Shown here: piece by piece, positions 8,516 to 16,128 of the stretch
Layout of the letters: each line of letters begins with the position of its first letter
How positions within the stretch are numbered: position 1 is the first letter of the stretch
IMG/VR virus record: IMGVR_UViG_3300012933_000246
Coordinates: 1 to 27,335 of that record
Strand: one strand, 5' to 3'
Length of the DNA: 27,335 bases
DNA from: a virus
Lineage: Duplodnaviria; Caudoviricetes
Translations under genes and position numbers: made by a program
The notes under the pieces: model-generated
Database searches by the model: none
Told to the model about the DNA's origin: nothing
The model's input: the letters and a program-made list of their open reading frames with translations, nothing else

Positions 8516-8579
8516 GGGGCCTACTTGTTGCAGGGTCTGTATGCTCTACCGTGTTGGTAAAACTGCAACGTTCGGCCCC
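8516..8579 (-). ncRNA. Structured intergenic RNA element with a GAA/AGUA internal loop
   Basis: GGGGCC-GAAC-GTTGCAG...CTGCAAC-AAGTA-GGCCCC immediately after the SSB stop. Confidence 0.5.
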
Positions 8580-8587
8580 GAAAACTA

Positions 8588-9127
8588 TTAGGCCAAGAAG
8601 TCGTCGTCGACTGCGGTGAAGTCATCTTCAGCGCGTGACACTGCTCCGCCCAATGGCTCGCCGTCGCCCAGCTTCTGCACGTTGTTCAAATAGAACTTGA
8701 TGCCTTTGTTGCCGTCAACGTTGTACGCTGAGGGCACCAATGAAGCGCGGCCATAGCAGCCGCTATAGACTTCTTTCTTGTCGAGGATCTCGTTCTTCTG
8801 TGCGTCGACAACACCGGGCTTGTTGTAGGTGTTGGCGTTCAAGAAGTAGTGGCCCTTGTACTCAGGATTCTTTTCAGTATCGCGCTCAGTGTCGCCATCA
8901 CGCAAAGGTGTCTTGAAGCTGGCCAAGAACTTTGAACCCCAGATGTTGACTGCTTTGGGGTTCGTCTTGTAAGCCTCGATCGACGCTTTGATTTTGTTCA
9001 CTGTGTCGGTGTCGGTCTTGGGGATCAACATCAACAAAGAGTATGAACCCTTGTCGTCAGGTGTGAACAAGTTTTGTGTGAATGACAGACGGGCTTTGCC
9101 GGTTACGATTTTCAAATCTGTAGACAT
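8588..9127 (-). CDS. ssb: Phage single-stranded DNA-binding protein (DUF2815 / gp2.5-like)
   Basis: ARLSF, YSLLMLIPK, PLRDGD, KPGVVD, VYSGCYGRAS, GNKGIKFYLNNVQKLGDGEPLGG; acidic DDDFLA tail. Confidence 0.92.
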   Translation of the reverse strand: MSTDLKIVTGKARLSFTQNLFTPDDKGSYSLLMLIPKTDTDTVNKIKASIEAYKTNPKAVNIWGSKFLASFKTPLRDGDTERDTEKNPEYKGHYFLNANTYNKPGVVDAQKNEILDKKEVYSGCYGRASLVPSAYNVDGNKGIKFYLNNVQKLGDGEPLGGAVSRAEDDFTAVDDDFLA

Positions 9128-9147
9128 GGTTTTCTTTCTAGACTGGT

Positions 9148-10326
9148 TTAGGAAAAGTCACCGATGGCGGATGCCACCGAGTTGAGTTCTGGTCGTTTGT
9201 CAGAGACTGGGACCAGAGTGGGTTTGCCTTCGGGCTTGACGATCAGATCGCTCAGCACTTCAGCAAATTTCTTTTTGCCGATCGCGGTCTCCATAGCAGT
9301 GATGCCGAGAAGGCTGCGCTCGTAGATCACCGCTTCGGGAATGCCGGCCGCCAGTAGCTTCTCAGCCACGGCGTCTTGGTTCTCGTAACGACGATTGCTT
9401 CGGCCGGCCACGAGCTTGTACCCGGGCACGACGTTGTTGTGATCCACTGCTTGCTTGAGTGCGTATGCTTTCAAGTCAGTGAACCAGCTGATCACCATGT
9501 CCGCTTTGGGCAATAGCTCTGCTATGCGTTCGACGGTCAGGCTTTCAGGTAGTGGTGGCTGTGCAGATTCGACAACGTCGAACTCTTGCTTGGCCACTTC
9601 GAGGGCTTGGCTTGCACGCGCGGGGCATGTATACCTAGCCTTGCAAAAACAGCTGGTGCAGTGGTCACCGGCGACGAACTCGCCTTTGCCTTCCCACGCC
9701 AGTGCAGCAGCGGGCACGACAAACTTATCAGCCCACGCCAACAACTCTTTGACTGGCAACTCTTCGCTGCCGTAGTTGTTGAGACGTGGCTGCAAGATGG
9801 TCATGCGCACATCGGTGATGTCGTACAGATCGGCCAGCTCAGCGTAAGCACCGAGACCGTACAGTCGCATCTGACTGTTGTCTTGTGCCTCGACCAAGAT
9901 GCCCTTGCCATACTTCAGGTCCAACACTTCGACGAGGCCATCGGTGATGATGACCAAGTCGCCTGTGCCAAAACCTTCGGGGACCCAAGCGCTGAAGTTG
10001 AGACGGCGCTCAACGTAGATCACTGGATCTTTGCAACGCTCGCGCGCTGCCTCGATGCGCTCGATGGCGTAGTTGACTGACTGCTGCACGAAGTCACGCA
10101 GTGCTTGACTGTCGAAGTGGATCAAGTCCACGGGCAGCGGATCAACCGGACGACCGAGGTAGTTCAACAACGACTGCTCGAAGACAGCATGGGCAAACGT
10201 ACCTTCGCGTGCAAACTCGCTGCTCTCGTCGATGAACTGCTCTTCAACGCGTGCGCTGGGTGTGCAGGTCATCCACTTCTCAGAGCCGCTGGCGCTGAGC
10301 TTGGCGTGTGCTAGTTCAATTGTCAT
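9148..10326 (-). CDS. DUF2800 PD-(D/E)XK Cas4-like exonuclease
   Basis: HAKLSASG..W..C..S, EGTFAH, FGTGD, VLDLKYGKG, NSQMRLYGLGA, QPR, and Cys cluster HC..CFC.....C; adjacent to DUF2815 SSB as in the APSE-like module. Confidence 0.92.
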   Translation of the reverse strand: MTIELAHAKLSASGSEKWMTCTPSARVEEQFIDESSEFAREGTFAHAVFEQSLLNYLGRPVDPLPVDLIHFDSQALRDFVQQSVNYAIERIEAARERCKDPVIYVERRLNFSAWVPEGFGTGDLVIITDGLVEVLDLKYGKGILVEAQDNSQMRLYGLGAYAELADLYDITDVRMTILQPRLNNYGSEELPVKELLAWADKFVVPAAALAWEGKGEFVAGDHCTSCFCKARYTCPARASQALEVAKQEFDVVESAQPPLPESLTVERIAELLPKADMVISWFTDLKAYALKQAVDHNNVVPGYKLVAGRSNRRYENQDAVAEKLLAAGIPEAVIYERSLLGITAMETAIGKKKFAEVLSDLIVKPEGKPTLVPVSDKRPELNSVASAIGDFS

Positions 10327-10528
10327 GGTTCTTAGTCCTTAACATTATTTCGGCATGAGTCCATGCGCATTCGGCTGCTGTCTGGCGAAGCTCTATGGCT
10401 TGTTTTTGACTTGCGTGTGCCTTGATGCAATTCTGAAGAATCATGTCCAAGAACACAGGCAACGACGCCACCGCAAACTGCTGAAGCAATTGCTCGCGCT
10501 CACGACGACGCTGTTTCCATTTGGTCAC
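10316..10528 (-). CDS. Hypothetical protein (70 aa)
   Basis: GTGA coupling with the upstream stop. Confidence 0.6.
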   Translation of the reverse strand: MTKWKQRRREREQLLQQFAVASLPVFLDMILQNCIKAHASQKQAIELRQTAAECAWTHAEIMLRTKNHDN

Positions 10529-10770
10529 AGTGATGCGCCCGGCAAGATGATGTTGCTAGTCTGCTTGATCTGTGCGTCGTCCACCGTGTCAGGTGTCTGT
10601 GCCCACTTGATCGAAGCGGCCATGATGCTGGACATGTTGCTCTGCATGTACAAGCCAATGATCTCGGCTGTGCTGAACACAGTCTTGTCCGCTGTGATCT
10701 CAGGTTCGACGGTACCTTGCAAGGTAACCTCGTCGCCTTGGTCTTCAATGATGAGTGTGATTTTTGCCAT
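10525..10770 (-). CDS. Hypothetical protein (81 aa)
   Basis: Starts 1 nt after the upstream stop. Confidence 0.75.
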   Translation of the reverse strand: MAKITLIIEDQGDEVTLQGTVEPEITADKTVFSTAEIIGLYMQSNMSSIMAASIKWAQTPDTVDDAQIKQTSNIILPGASL

Positions 10771-10771
10771 G

Positions 10772-11107
10772 TTAAATATCCAGTTCTTGGGTTAGGTTTG
10801 CGACTTGACGATGGATCTCATCAAGGCGTTGAGTTTGCTCGACGATGAACGCCGTGAGTGAGCCATAAGCACGGGGGCCTTTGTCAGTCTGAGGCTTGAC
10901 GCTCGGCGGGCAGCTTGAGCGAACAGGTTCGAGGCGCCCTGACAAGAACATGATGTCTTCGTGCAGTCGGCTGATGCCGTACTCCAACTCGTTGAGTGCA
11001 GAGACCATGGGTTTTTCTTGAACGCTTGCTGTCTGCGAAGGCATGGCACCTTTGATAGCTTCGCCCACGTAGTTCTCAGGTCCGAGTGTTCGTTTTTCGT
11101 AGTTCAT
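10772..11107 (-). CDS. Coiled-coil hypothetical protein (111 aa)
   Basis: TAATG coupling; GGAG RBS. Confidence 0.75.
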   Translation of the reverse strand: MNYEKRTLGPENYVGEAIKGAMPSQTASVQEKPMVSALNELEYGISRLHEDIMFLSGRLEPVRSSCPPSVKPQTDKGPRAYGSLTAFIVEQTQRLDEIHRQVANLTQELDI

Positions 11108-11517
11108 TACATTTTCTCCGCGTTGGCCATGAGGGCTGGGTAGTCTGCCGCCGGGATGGCGGTCAGGTTGGGGTGGCCGGTCGCTGCGATCAGCGCGCCG
11201 ACATCTTTGCCTTGTTGCTTGAGTGAGTACAGCTTGGCGCGCACTTGCTCAAGGGTGAACGTTGGGGCAGCAGTCGGGGTGCTTGATGAGGCAGGCGACT
11301 GCTCGGAGGAACCCGTTGCTGTTGCAATCGCATCGGTAGGTTGGGCCTTCGCAGCCCTCGGCTTTTTTGCTGGGGCTTCCTTCGCCGGCTCGGGTGTAGG
11401 CTCAGGCACCTCGACTTGCGGGGCGTCGCTGGTGTTTAGCATAGACACCATCGCGTGGGCCAAGATCTGAACTTGCTCTGCGTTTTGTGGGTTGAATGTA
11501 ATTGTGATCATTGCCAT
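11107..11517 (-). CDS. Replication-module protein with Pro/Ala linker and small C-terminal helical domain
   Basis: The C-terminus TLEQVRAKL...LTAIPAADYPALM resembles proteins that precede DUF2800 in APSE-like modules. Confidence 0.75.
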   Translation of the reverse strand: MAMITITFNPQNAEQVQILAHAMVSMLNTSDAPQVEVPEPTPEPAKEAPAKKPRAAKAQPTDAIATATGSSEQSPASSSTPTAAPTFTLEQVRAKLYSLKQQGKDVGALIAATGHPNLTAIPAADYPALMANAEKM

Positions 11518-11523
11518 CTCTCT

Positions 11524-11760
11524 TTACTGTGGTTGAAAAACTGATTTGTTAAGGCGCCGTACTTGGGCCGCCGCTTTGGCCGCACGCTCTGCGTGCAAAC
11601 CTTCTGGAAACCGAAGACGCAAATTGGTCCCGAGTAACACGACATCAAACGGGTTGGCTCGCGCCTCTTCGTAGGTTGGGTACGAACCGGCCAGCAACGC
11701 GTAAGCTAATTGCATCTTGGTGCGAACCACAAAGTGGTTGTCGTATTCAGGCTTGGTCAC
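11524..11760 (-). CDS. Hypothetical protein (78 aa, GTG start)
   Basis: AGGAG upstream of GTG 11760. Confidence 0.6.
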   Translation of the reverse strand: MTKPEYDNHFVVRTKMQLAYALLAGSYPTYEEARANPFDVVLLGTNLRLRFPEGLHAERAAKAAAQVRRLNKSVFQPQ

Positions 11761-11983
11761 GCAGCTTCTCCTGCTCCTTCGCATACGCGTCGGTCAAGTA
11801 CGCAGACAAACGCTTGATGCGGTCTGAGTGGTAGGCCGATATGCGGAGGGAGTATTCGGCTGCGCTTTGTGCAGCAAGAAGAGAGCGCTGGGCTTCTTCG
11901 TATTCGCGCTGGGCGATGACTATGGGGCTTGGCATCTTGAAGTGTTCTCTCAATGCAAGCACGATCTGACGCAGGGCGTTCAT
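11747..11983 (-). CDS. Hypothetical protein, first gene of the leftward operon
   Basis: GAAAGGAA RBS; downstream of the leftward promoter. Confidence 0.8.
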   Translation of the reverse strand: MNALRQIVLALREHFKMPSPIVIAQREYEEAQRSLLAAQSAAEYSLRISAYHSDRIKRLSAYLTDAYAKEQEKLRDQA

Positions 11984-12041
11984 GTGATTCCTTTCGGTTC
12001 TGGTTTAGCTGGTTTACTCGGTGTCGTTGTCGACGGGTTGG

Positions 12042-12060
12042 ATGATAACACTGCTTTCAT
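12042..12060. promoter_or_regulatory. 19-bp imperfect palindrome, putative operator (left)
   Basis: ATGATAACACTGCTTTCAT; 14/19 identical (inverted) to the site at 12107-12125. Confidence 0.55.
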
Positions 12061-12072
12061 CGGGTCTGTCAA
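12042..12072 (-). promoter_or_regulatory. Leftward sigma70-type promoter
   Basis: TTGACA (12072-12067), 19-nt spacer, extended -10 TGT-TATCAT (12050-12042); A/T tract upstream. Confidence 0.6.
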
Positions 12073-12095
12073 CAAATAAATAAAAAATATTTTTA

Positions 12096-12125
12096 TTGCG
12101 CGTCGCATGTAAACAACGCTATCAT
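12096..12125 (+). promoter_or_regulatory. Rightward promoter with overlapping operator; probably a leaderless cro mRNA
   Basis: TTGCGC-N18-TATCAT; ATG 8 nt after the -10 with no SD; operator-like ATGTAAACAACGCTATCAT at 12107-12125. Confidence 0.55.
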
Positions 12126-12133
12126 GCCGCCCT

Positions 12134-12355
12134 ATGACAACTCGTGAAATAATCCAACGCTTTGGTGGCCCAGTCAAGCTGGCTGCCCTGCTGGGCATTC
12201 GCTCGCAGGCTGTTAGCTTGTGGGGGTCGAAGGGTTTGATCCCTGTTGCCCGCGTACCCCAACTCGAACGTATCGCCCGAGGCTTGCGCCTTGGCCTGCG
12301 TGCAGAACAAATGCGACCTGACATTGACTGGTCGGCTTTGCGGGGTCGCAGGTAG
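12134..12355 (+). CDS. cro: Cro-like HTH transcriptional regulator (YdaS/Cro family)
   Basis: IIQRFGGPVKLAALLGIRSQAVSLW...IP..R...E....MRPDIDW. Confidence 0.88.
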   Translation: MTTREIIQRFGGPVKLAALLGIRSQAVSLWGSKGLIPVARVPQLERIARGLRLGLRAEQMRPDIDWSALRGRR

Positions 12356-12543
12356 TGGAAGAGGTTCGAGTCCTGTTGTCGATTGAAGTTATGCGCGAGC
12401 TGGTTCACGGCTCGGAGCTGGTGATCGACGACGGTGAGCTTAGAATTATTTTGAGTTGTAATGATGAGGCTGTTGCCACATTCAGAACGCAGGTCGAGCG
12501 CGCGTTGCTCCACATGCTGCCTGTTGGGGAGACGCCGCACTAA
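12355..12543 (+). CDS. Hypothetical protein (62 aa)
   Basis: TAGTG coupling with cro. Confidence 0.65.
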   Translation: MEEVRVLLSIEVMRELVHGSELVIDDGELRIILSCNDEAVATFRTQVERALLHMLPVGETPH

Positions 12544-13080
12544 CACGCATGGGTTTCGGCCCGTGCCTTGTCGGCCCAAGATACGGGGTGCCGCACAAGC
12601 TGGATTGTTTGTAATGTGCGCCATGAGAACGTCTGGAGGCAGAAGTCCAGCAGAACGACGTGACACTTCGGAGAGACGAAGACCATCACGCATGGGGATT
12701 GACGCTTATATGGGTTCATCCATGATTAGTCCCCAGCCGTGTTGGCCAACACTGTCAAAGGAAAGTCGCTATGCCCATAGCATAGAGGTGACGCACAGGT
12801 AAGTAGCCAACAACCTACACAGAAGCCGGGGGTCGTTACCCGCAGCGCGAAGTCCCGGAGTGGCCGGGCGGCTTCTGTGTTGGTGAATGCGCAGGCTGAT
12901 GCGTGCAGCGGTCCACGTAGTGATCCCCCGCCTTGACGCAAGTCGAATGGGGTAAATAGAAAGTGGAAACGAGATGCAGGGTGAAAGTTTCCCCCTCTGA
13001 CCCGTTAAATCGGAAAGCTGGATATCAGTACCAGCCACCAACAACCTACATCCGAGCTGGCCGGTTGCCAGTGTGTAAAT
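12544..13080 (+). ncRNA. Putative array of structured non-coding RNA modules, some tRNA-like
   Basis: No credible ORF. Successive long-range helices and repeated junctions CACGCATGGG (x2), GTGTTGG (x2), CCAACAACCTACA (x2); two modules end in hairpin+ACCA. Confidence 0.6.
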
Positions 13081-13091
13081 TGGAGATGAAG

Positions 13092-13286
13092 ATGCTTTCA
13101 AGAACAGAGTATTTCAAAGACCTTCTGGCTGACTGCCTAGAAGCCACGCGTGAGTTGCGACTTGACCCGGCTGATGAGGCCATCATCGTTGCAGCATTGA
13201 TCAAGTCTGACAGTGACAACGGCCTGCGCAAGGCGTTGCTGCAAGCGAAGGTTTTGATGAACCAGCCCCAGTTTCAACACAACTAA
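13092..13286 (+). CDS. Hypothetical protein (64 aa)
   Basis: GGAG at 13082-13085 fits ATG 13092; the longer track ORF runs through the structured region. Confidence 0.65.
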   Translation: MLSRTEYFKDLLADCLEATRELRLDPADEAIIVAALIKSDSDNGLRKALLQAKVLMNQPQFQHN

Positions 13287-13298
13287 GCGGGGGCCATC

Positions 13299-15617
13299 AT
13301 GAACAACAGACCAACGGCTCTGCCCGTTAATACGCTGTCTATCCCCGAAGATTTAAAAGCACTGCCTCGCTGGGTGCTGTGGCGCTACACGAAAAAGAAA
13401 AAGCCCAACGGCGAATTCGTGTGGAGCAAGATCCCATTCACATGCGAGAACGCCTACGCCAGCTCGACCAACAGCGCGACGTGGTGCACGTTCGACGAAG
13501 CTGCGGACGCCCTGCTGATGGGTGACTTCGACGGCTTGGGCATTGTGCTTGGCGGTGACCTTCACGGCATCGACCTTGATGACTGCCGAGATCCTAAGAC
13601 CGGCACGCTGAACGACTTCGCCAAAGAGGTCGTCGAGCGCGTGCACGGTTACGCTGAGGTCAGCCCATCGGGCACGGGCCTGAAGATTTTCTGCAACACA
13701 AACCTTGACGGGTCACGTACCAAGAAGGAGGTCGGCGTCGAGCTGTACAAGGACGGTCGTTACTTCACCGTCACCGGCCGAGTGCTGAACGGACGTGCCG
13801 GCTACAGCCACGGAGTGCAGGACCTGAACTGGTTGGTCGAGAAGGTGTGGGACGAACAGCTGGGCGCTGCACCTAGTGACGACGACGGATCGTTCTTGAT
13901 GACGATGAAGTCCGCGCTCGAGGGCTGGGACCTTGACCGCGTTGTCGATGAAGTGCTCGTGCACTTGGACCCCGATGGCGGCTACGAAGAGTGGCTCAAG
14001 GTGGGTGCAGCTCTCCATCACCAAGGCGGTGGCGATCTTGAATGGCTCGACGCATGGGACAACTGGTCGGCCGGCTCAAGCAAGTGGGTCGACAGCTACT
14101 GTGCTGAGAAGTGGGCCAGCTTCAGCCAGCAACGCGCCAACGGTCGCGGCGCAGTGACTCTTGCGTCGATGCTGCACATCACCAAGGACGCACGCGAAGG
14201 CGCCAAGACAGACAAGCGTGAGGCTGCCATGCAGCTGATGATGGAAGCCATCGACAAGTGCACCGACGCTCACCAACTGCAAGAGAAGATCGCAGCTCAG
14301 GTTGCGCACACGGCAGAGATCTCTGACATCGAACGCGAACAGATCGCTGTGGCCATTCAAACAAAGATCAAGGACCTAGGCACCAAGCTGCCGATGGCCA
14401 CGATACGTGGCTGGGTGCGAGCACGGGTGAAGGCGACCGGCGGCTTCGTTCACTTCAACGACGACGGCTACCCTACCTGCACGCTGCCCAACTTCAGAGC
14501 GCTGATCGACAAGGTCGACTACTCTGTGCGGTACAACGTGATCAAGAAGGCGATCGAGCTGTTGATCCCGAACACGTCCTTCACCCGGGACAACCGCGAC
14601 AACGCGGCCATCTCGCATGTGTTGAGTCAGTGCGAGATCGTGCGCATGCCAACCAAGCACGTTGCTCAATTCCTGATCACGCTTGCTGACGAGAACCAAT
14701 ACAACCCTGTGGCCACTTGGATCGACTCGACGCCTTGGGATGGTGTCTCACGACTGGAAGAGTTCTACTCCACGGTCAAGGTGGCACACGGCGAAGAGAT
14801 CAAGCGCAAGCTGATGCGCAAGTGGCTGATCCAAGCGGTGGCCGCAGCGTTCAGCCCCGACGGCATCGCGAACCAAGGCATCTTGACATTCGTCGGTCCG
14901 CAAAACATCGGCAAGACGACGTGGTTCCAACGATTGGCCCCGCACGAACTTGACGCGATCCTTACTGGCCACACGCTCGACATGCGAAGCAAGGACTCGA
15001 TCTTCATCGCCCTGTCCTACTGGATCGTGGAGCTGGGTGAGCTCGATGCAACCTTCTCCAAGTCTGAGATCAGCGCACTGAAGTCGTTCACGACTCAGTC
15101 GATGGACAAGCTGCGTCGCCCATACGCGATGAGCGAGTCCAACTTCGGACGCCGCACGGTGTTCGGTGGCACGGTCAACGAGCCCCTGTACTTGAACGAC
15201 CCCACCGGCAACCGACGCTTCTGGTCGATCGAGGTGGAGGGTTTCGACCTGAGCCACAAGATCGACATGCAGCAGCTGTGGGCTGAAGTGCTGACGATCT
15301 GGCAGGGCGGTGAGCTGTGGAACCTGAGCAAGGACGAGGTCGAAGAGCTGAGCAAGCACAACGAAGAGTTCACCGTGACCGACCCGATCGAGGAGCGGAT
15401 CGCTGCCGGTTTCGACTGGAGCATGTTGGGTCTGAGTGGCGAATCGTGGGTGACGGCGACCGATGTGCTGATGAAGATTGGTGTCCGTGAACCCTCAAAG
15501 GGTCAGACGATTGCTGCGGGCAGGGCATTACGTCGGCTGAATGGTGGTCAACGACGCAAGTCAAACGGACGCGCTTTGTTTCTTGTCCCTGTCGAGGAAT
15601 CAGAGTTTTTAGGGTAA
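13299..15617 (+). CDS. Primase-helicase: AEP Prim-Pol + PriCT-2 + VirE/VapE-like P-loop domain
   Basis: GIDLDDC, EVSPSGTGL, ELY...RYFTVTG; YEEWLKVGAALH...WDNWS (PriCT-2); Walker A GPQNIGKTT, WIVELGEL, RRPY, GTVN...YLNDPTGNRRFW. Confidence 0.93.
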   Translation: MNNRPTALPVNTLSIPEDLKALPRWVLWRYTKKKKPNGEFVWSKIPFTCENAYASSTNSATWCTFDEAADALLMGDFDGLGIVLGGDLHGIDLDDCRDPKTGTLNDFAKEVVERVHGYAEVSPSGTGLKIFCNTNLDGSRTKKEVGVELYKDGRYFTVTGRVLNGRAGYSHGVQDLNWLVEKVWDEQLGAAPSDDDGSFLMTMKSALEGWDLDRVVDEVLVHLDPDGGYEEWLKVGAALHHQGGGDLEWLDAWDNWSAGSSKWVDSYCAEKWASFSQQRANGRGAVTLASMLHITKDAREGAKTDKREAAMQLMMEAIDKCTDAHQLQEKIAAQVAHTAEISDIEREQIAVAIQTKIKDLGTKLPMATIRGWVRARVKATGGFVHFNDDGYPTCTLPNFRALIDKVDYSVRYNVIKKAIELLIPNTSFTRDNRDNAAISHVLSQCEIVRMPTKHVAQFLITLADENQYNPVATWIDSTPWDGVSRLEEFYSTVKVAHGEEIKRKLMRKWLIQAVAAAFSPDGIANQGILTFVGPQNIGKTTWFQRLAPHELDAILTGHTLDMRSKDSIFIALSYWIVELGELDATFSKSEISALKSFTTQSMDKLRRPYAMSESNFGRRTVFGGTVNEPLYLNDPTGNRRFWSIEVEGFDLSHKIDMQQLWAEVLTIWQGGELWNLSKDEVEELSKHNEEFTVTDPIEERIAAGFDWSMLGLSGESWVTATDVLMKIGVREPSKGQTIAAGRALRRLNGGQRRKSNGRALFLVPVEESEFLG

Positions 15618-15850
15618 TAGAAGTCTAATGCCCTGCCTATTACCCTTGGGTAATACCCTCCTTGAAACCCGCATGAACACTGAGCAAAACACTAAAAAGG
15701 GTATACAGGGCAATAGAATAATCTGTACATATTTTGGTAAATTTGTATTTTGGAAGGAAGAAAATAAAAGTTTACAGAGTTATATATAAGGAAATCAAAT
15801 GCCCTGTAAAACCCTTGACACTATTACCCTGTTAAAAGATTACCCTGCTA
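15611..15850. repeat. Putative replication origin: iteron-like CTATTACCCT repeats around an AT-rich core
   Basis: CTATTACCCT at 15637 and 15821, inverted at 15611, 1-mismatch inverted at 15707; ATTACCCTG at 15839; AATGCCCTG at 15627 and 15798; AT-rich 15712-15798. Confidence 0.7.
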
Positions 15851-15879
15851 AGATGCGGCTTTGCTTTGAAAGGTTTGTG

Positions 15880-16128
15880 ATGGAAAAGCTGGAGTCAACT
15901 TTGAAGGTGATGCGCAGACAGGTGAGGCCCACAAAGTCTAAATACCGAGGAGTGTTCTACGACGCATCATCGGCTTTGAAACCTTGGCGAGCTCAGGTGA
16001 CGGTGAATGGGAGATCAGTAAAGCGGGGCCGATACGAAAGTGAGCTGGCAGCGGCGATTGCAAGAGACCGATTGGCCTTGGAAATCCAAGGACCAAAAAT
16101 ATTTTTAAACTTCCCGGAGCTTGCATGA
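15880..16128 (+). CDS. Stand-alone AP2/ERF DNA-binding domain protein
   Basis: SKYRGV....WRAQV...G....GRYESELAAAIARD..A....G....LNFP; GAAAGG RBS before 15877/15880; no HNH domain. Confidence 0.85.
   Translation: MEKLESTLKVMRRQVRPTKSKYRGVFYDASSALKPWRAQVTVNGRSVKRGRYESELAAAIARDRLALEIQGPKIFLNFPELA

Noticed and set aside
8549-8557. CCGTGTTGG shared with 12737-12745 as an antisense pair
   Set aside because: Only 9 nt, and the array copy is already explained by intramolecular pairing.
9148-10326. Cas4-like nuclease as a sign of CRISPR
   Set aside because: No array or other cas genes; standard DUF2800-DUF2815-PolA phage module.
11980-12693. 237-aa minus-strand ORF at the position where CI would be
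   Set aside because: No HTH or S24 peptidase motifs; runs antisense through cro and both promoters.
12544-13080. CRISPR mini-array or canonical tRNA genes
   Set aside because: Repeats are short (7-13 nt), of several kinds and irregularly spaced; no TTCRA T-loop or 7-nt anticodon loop.
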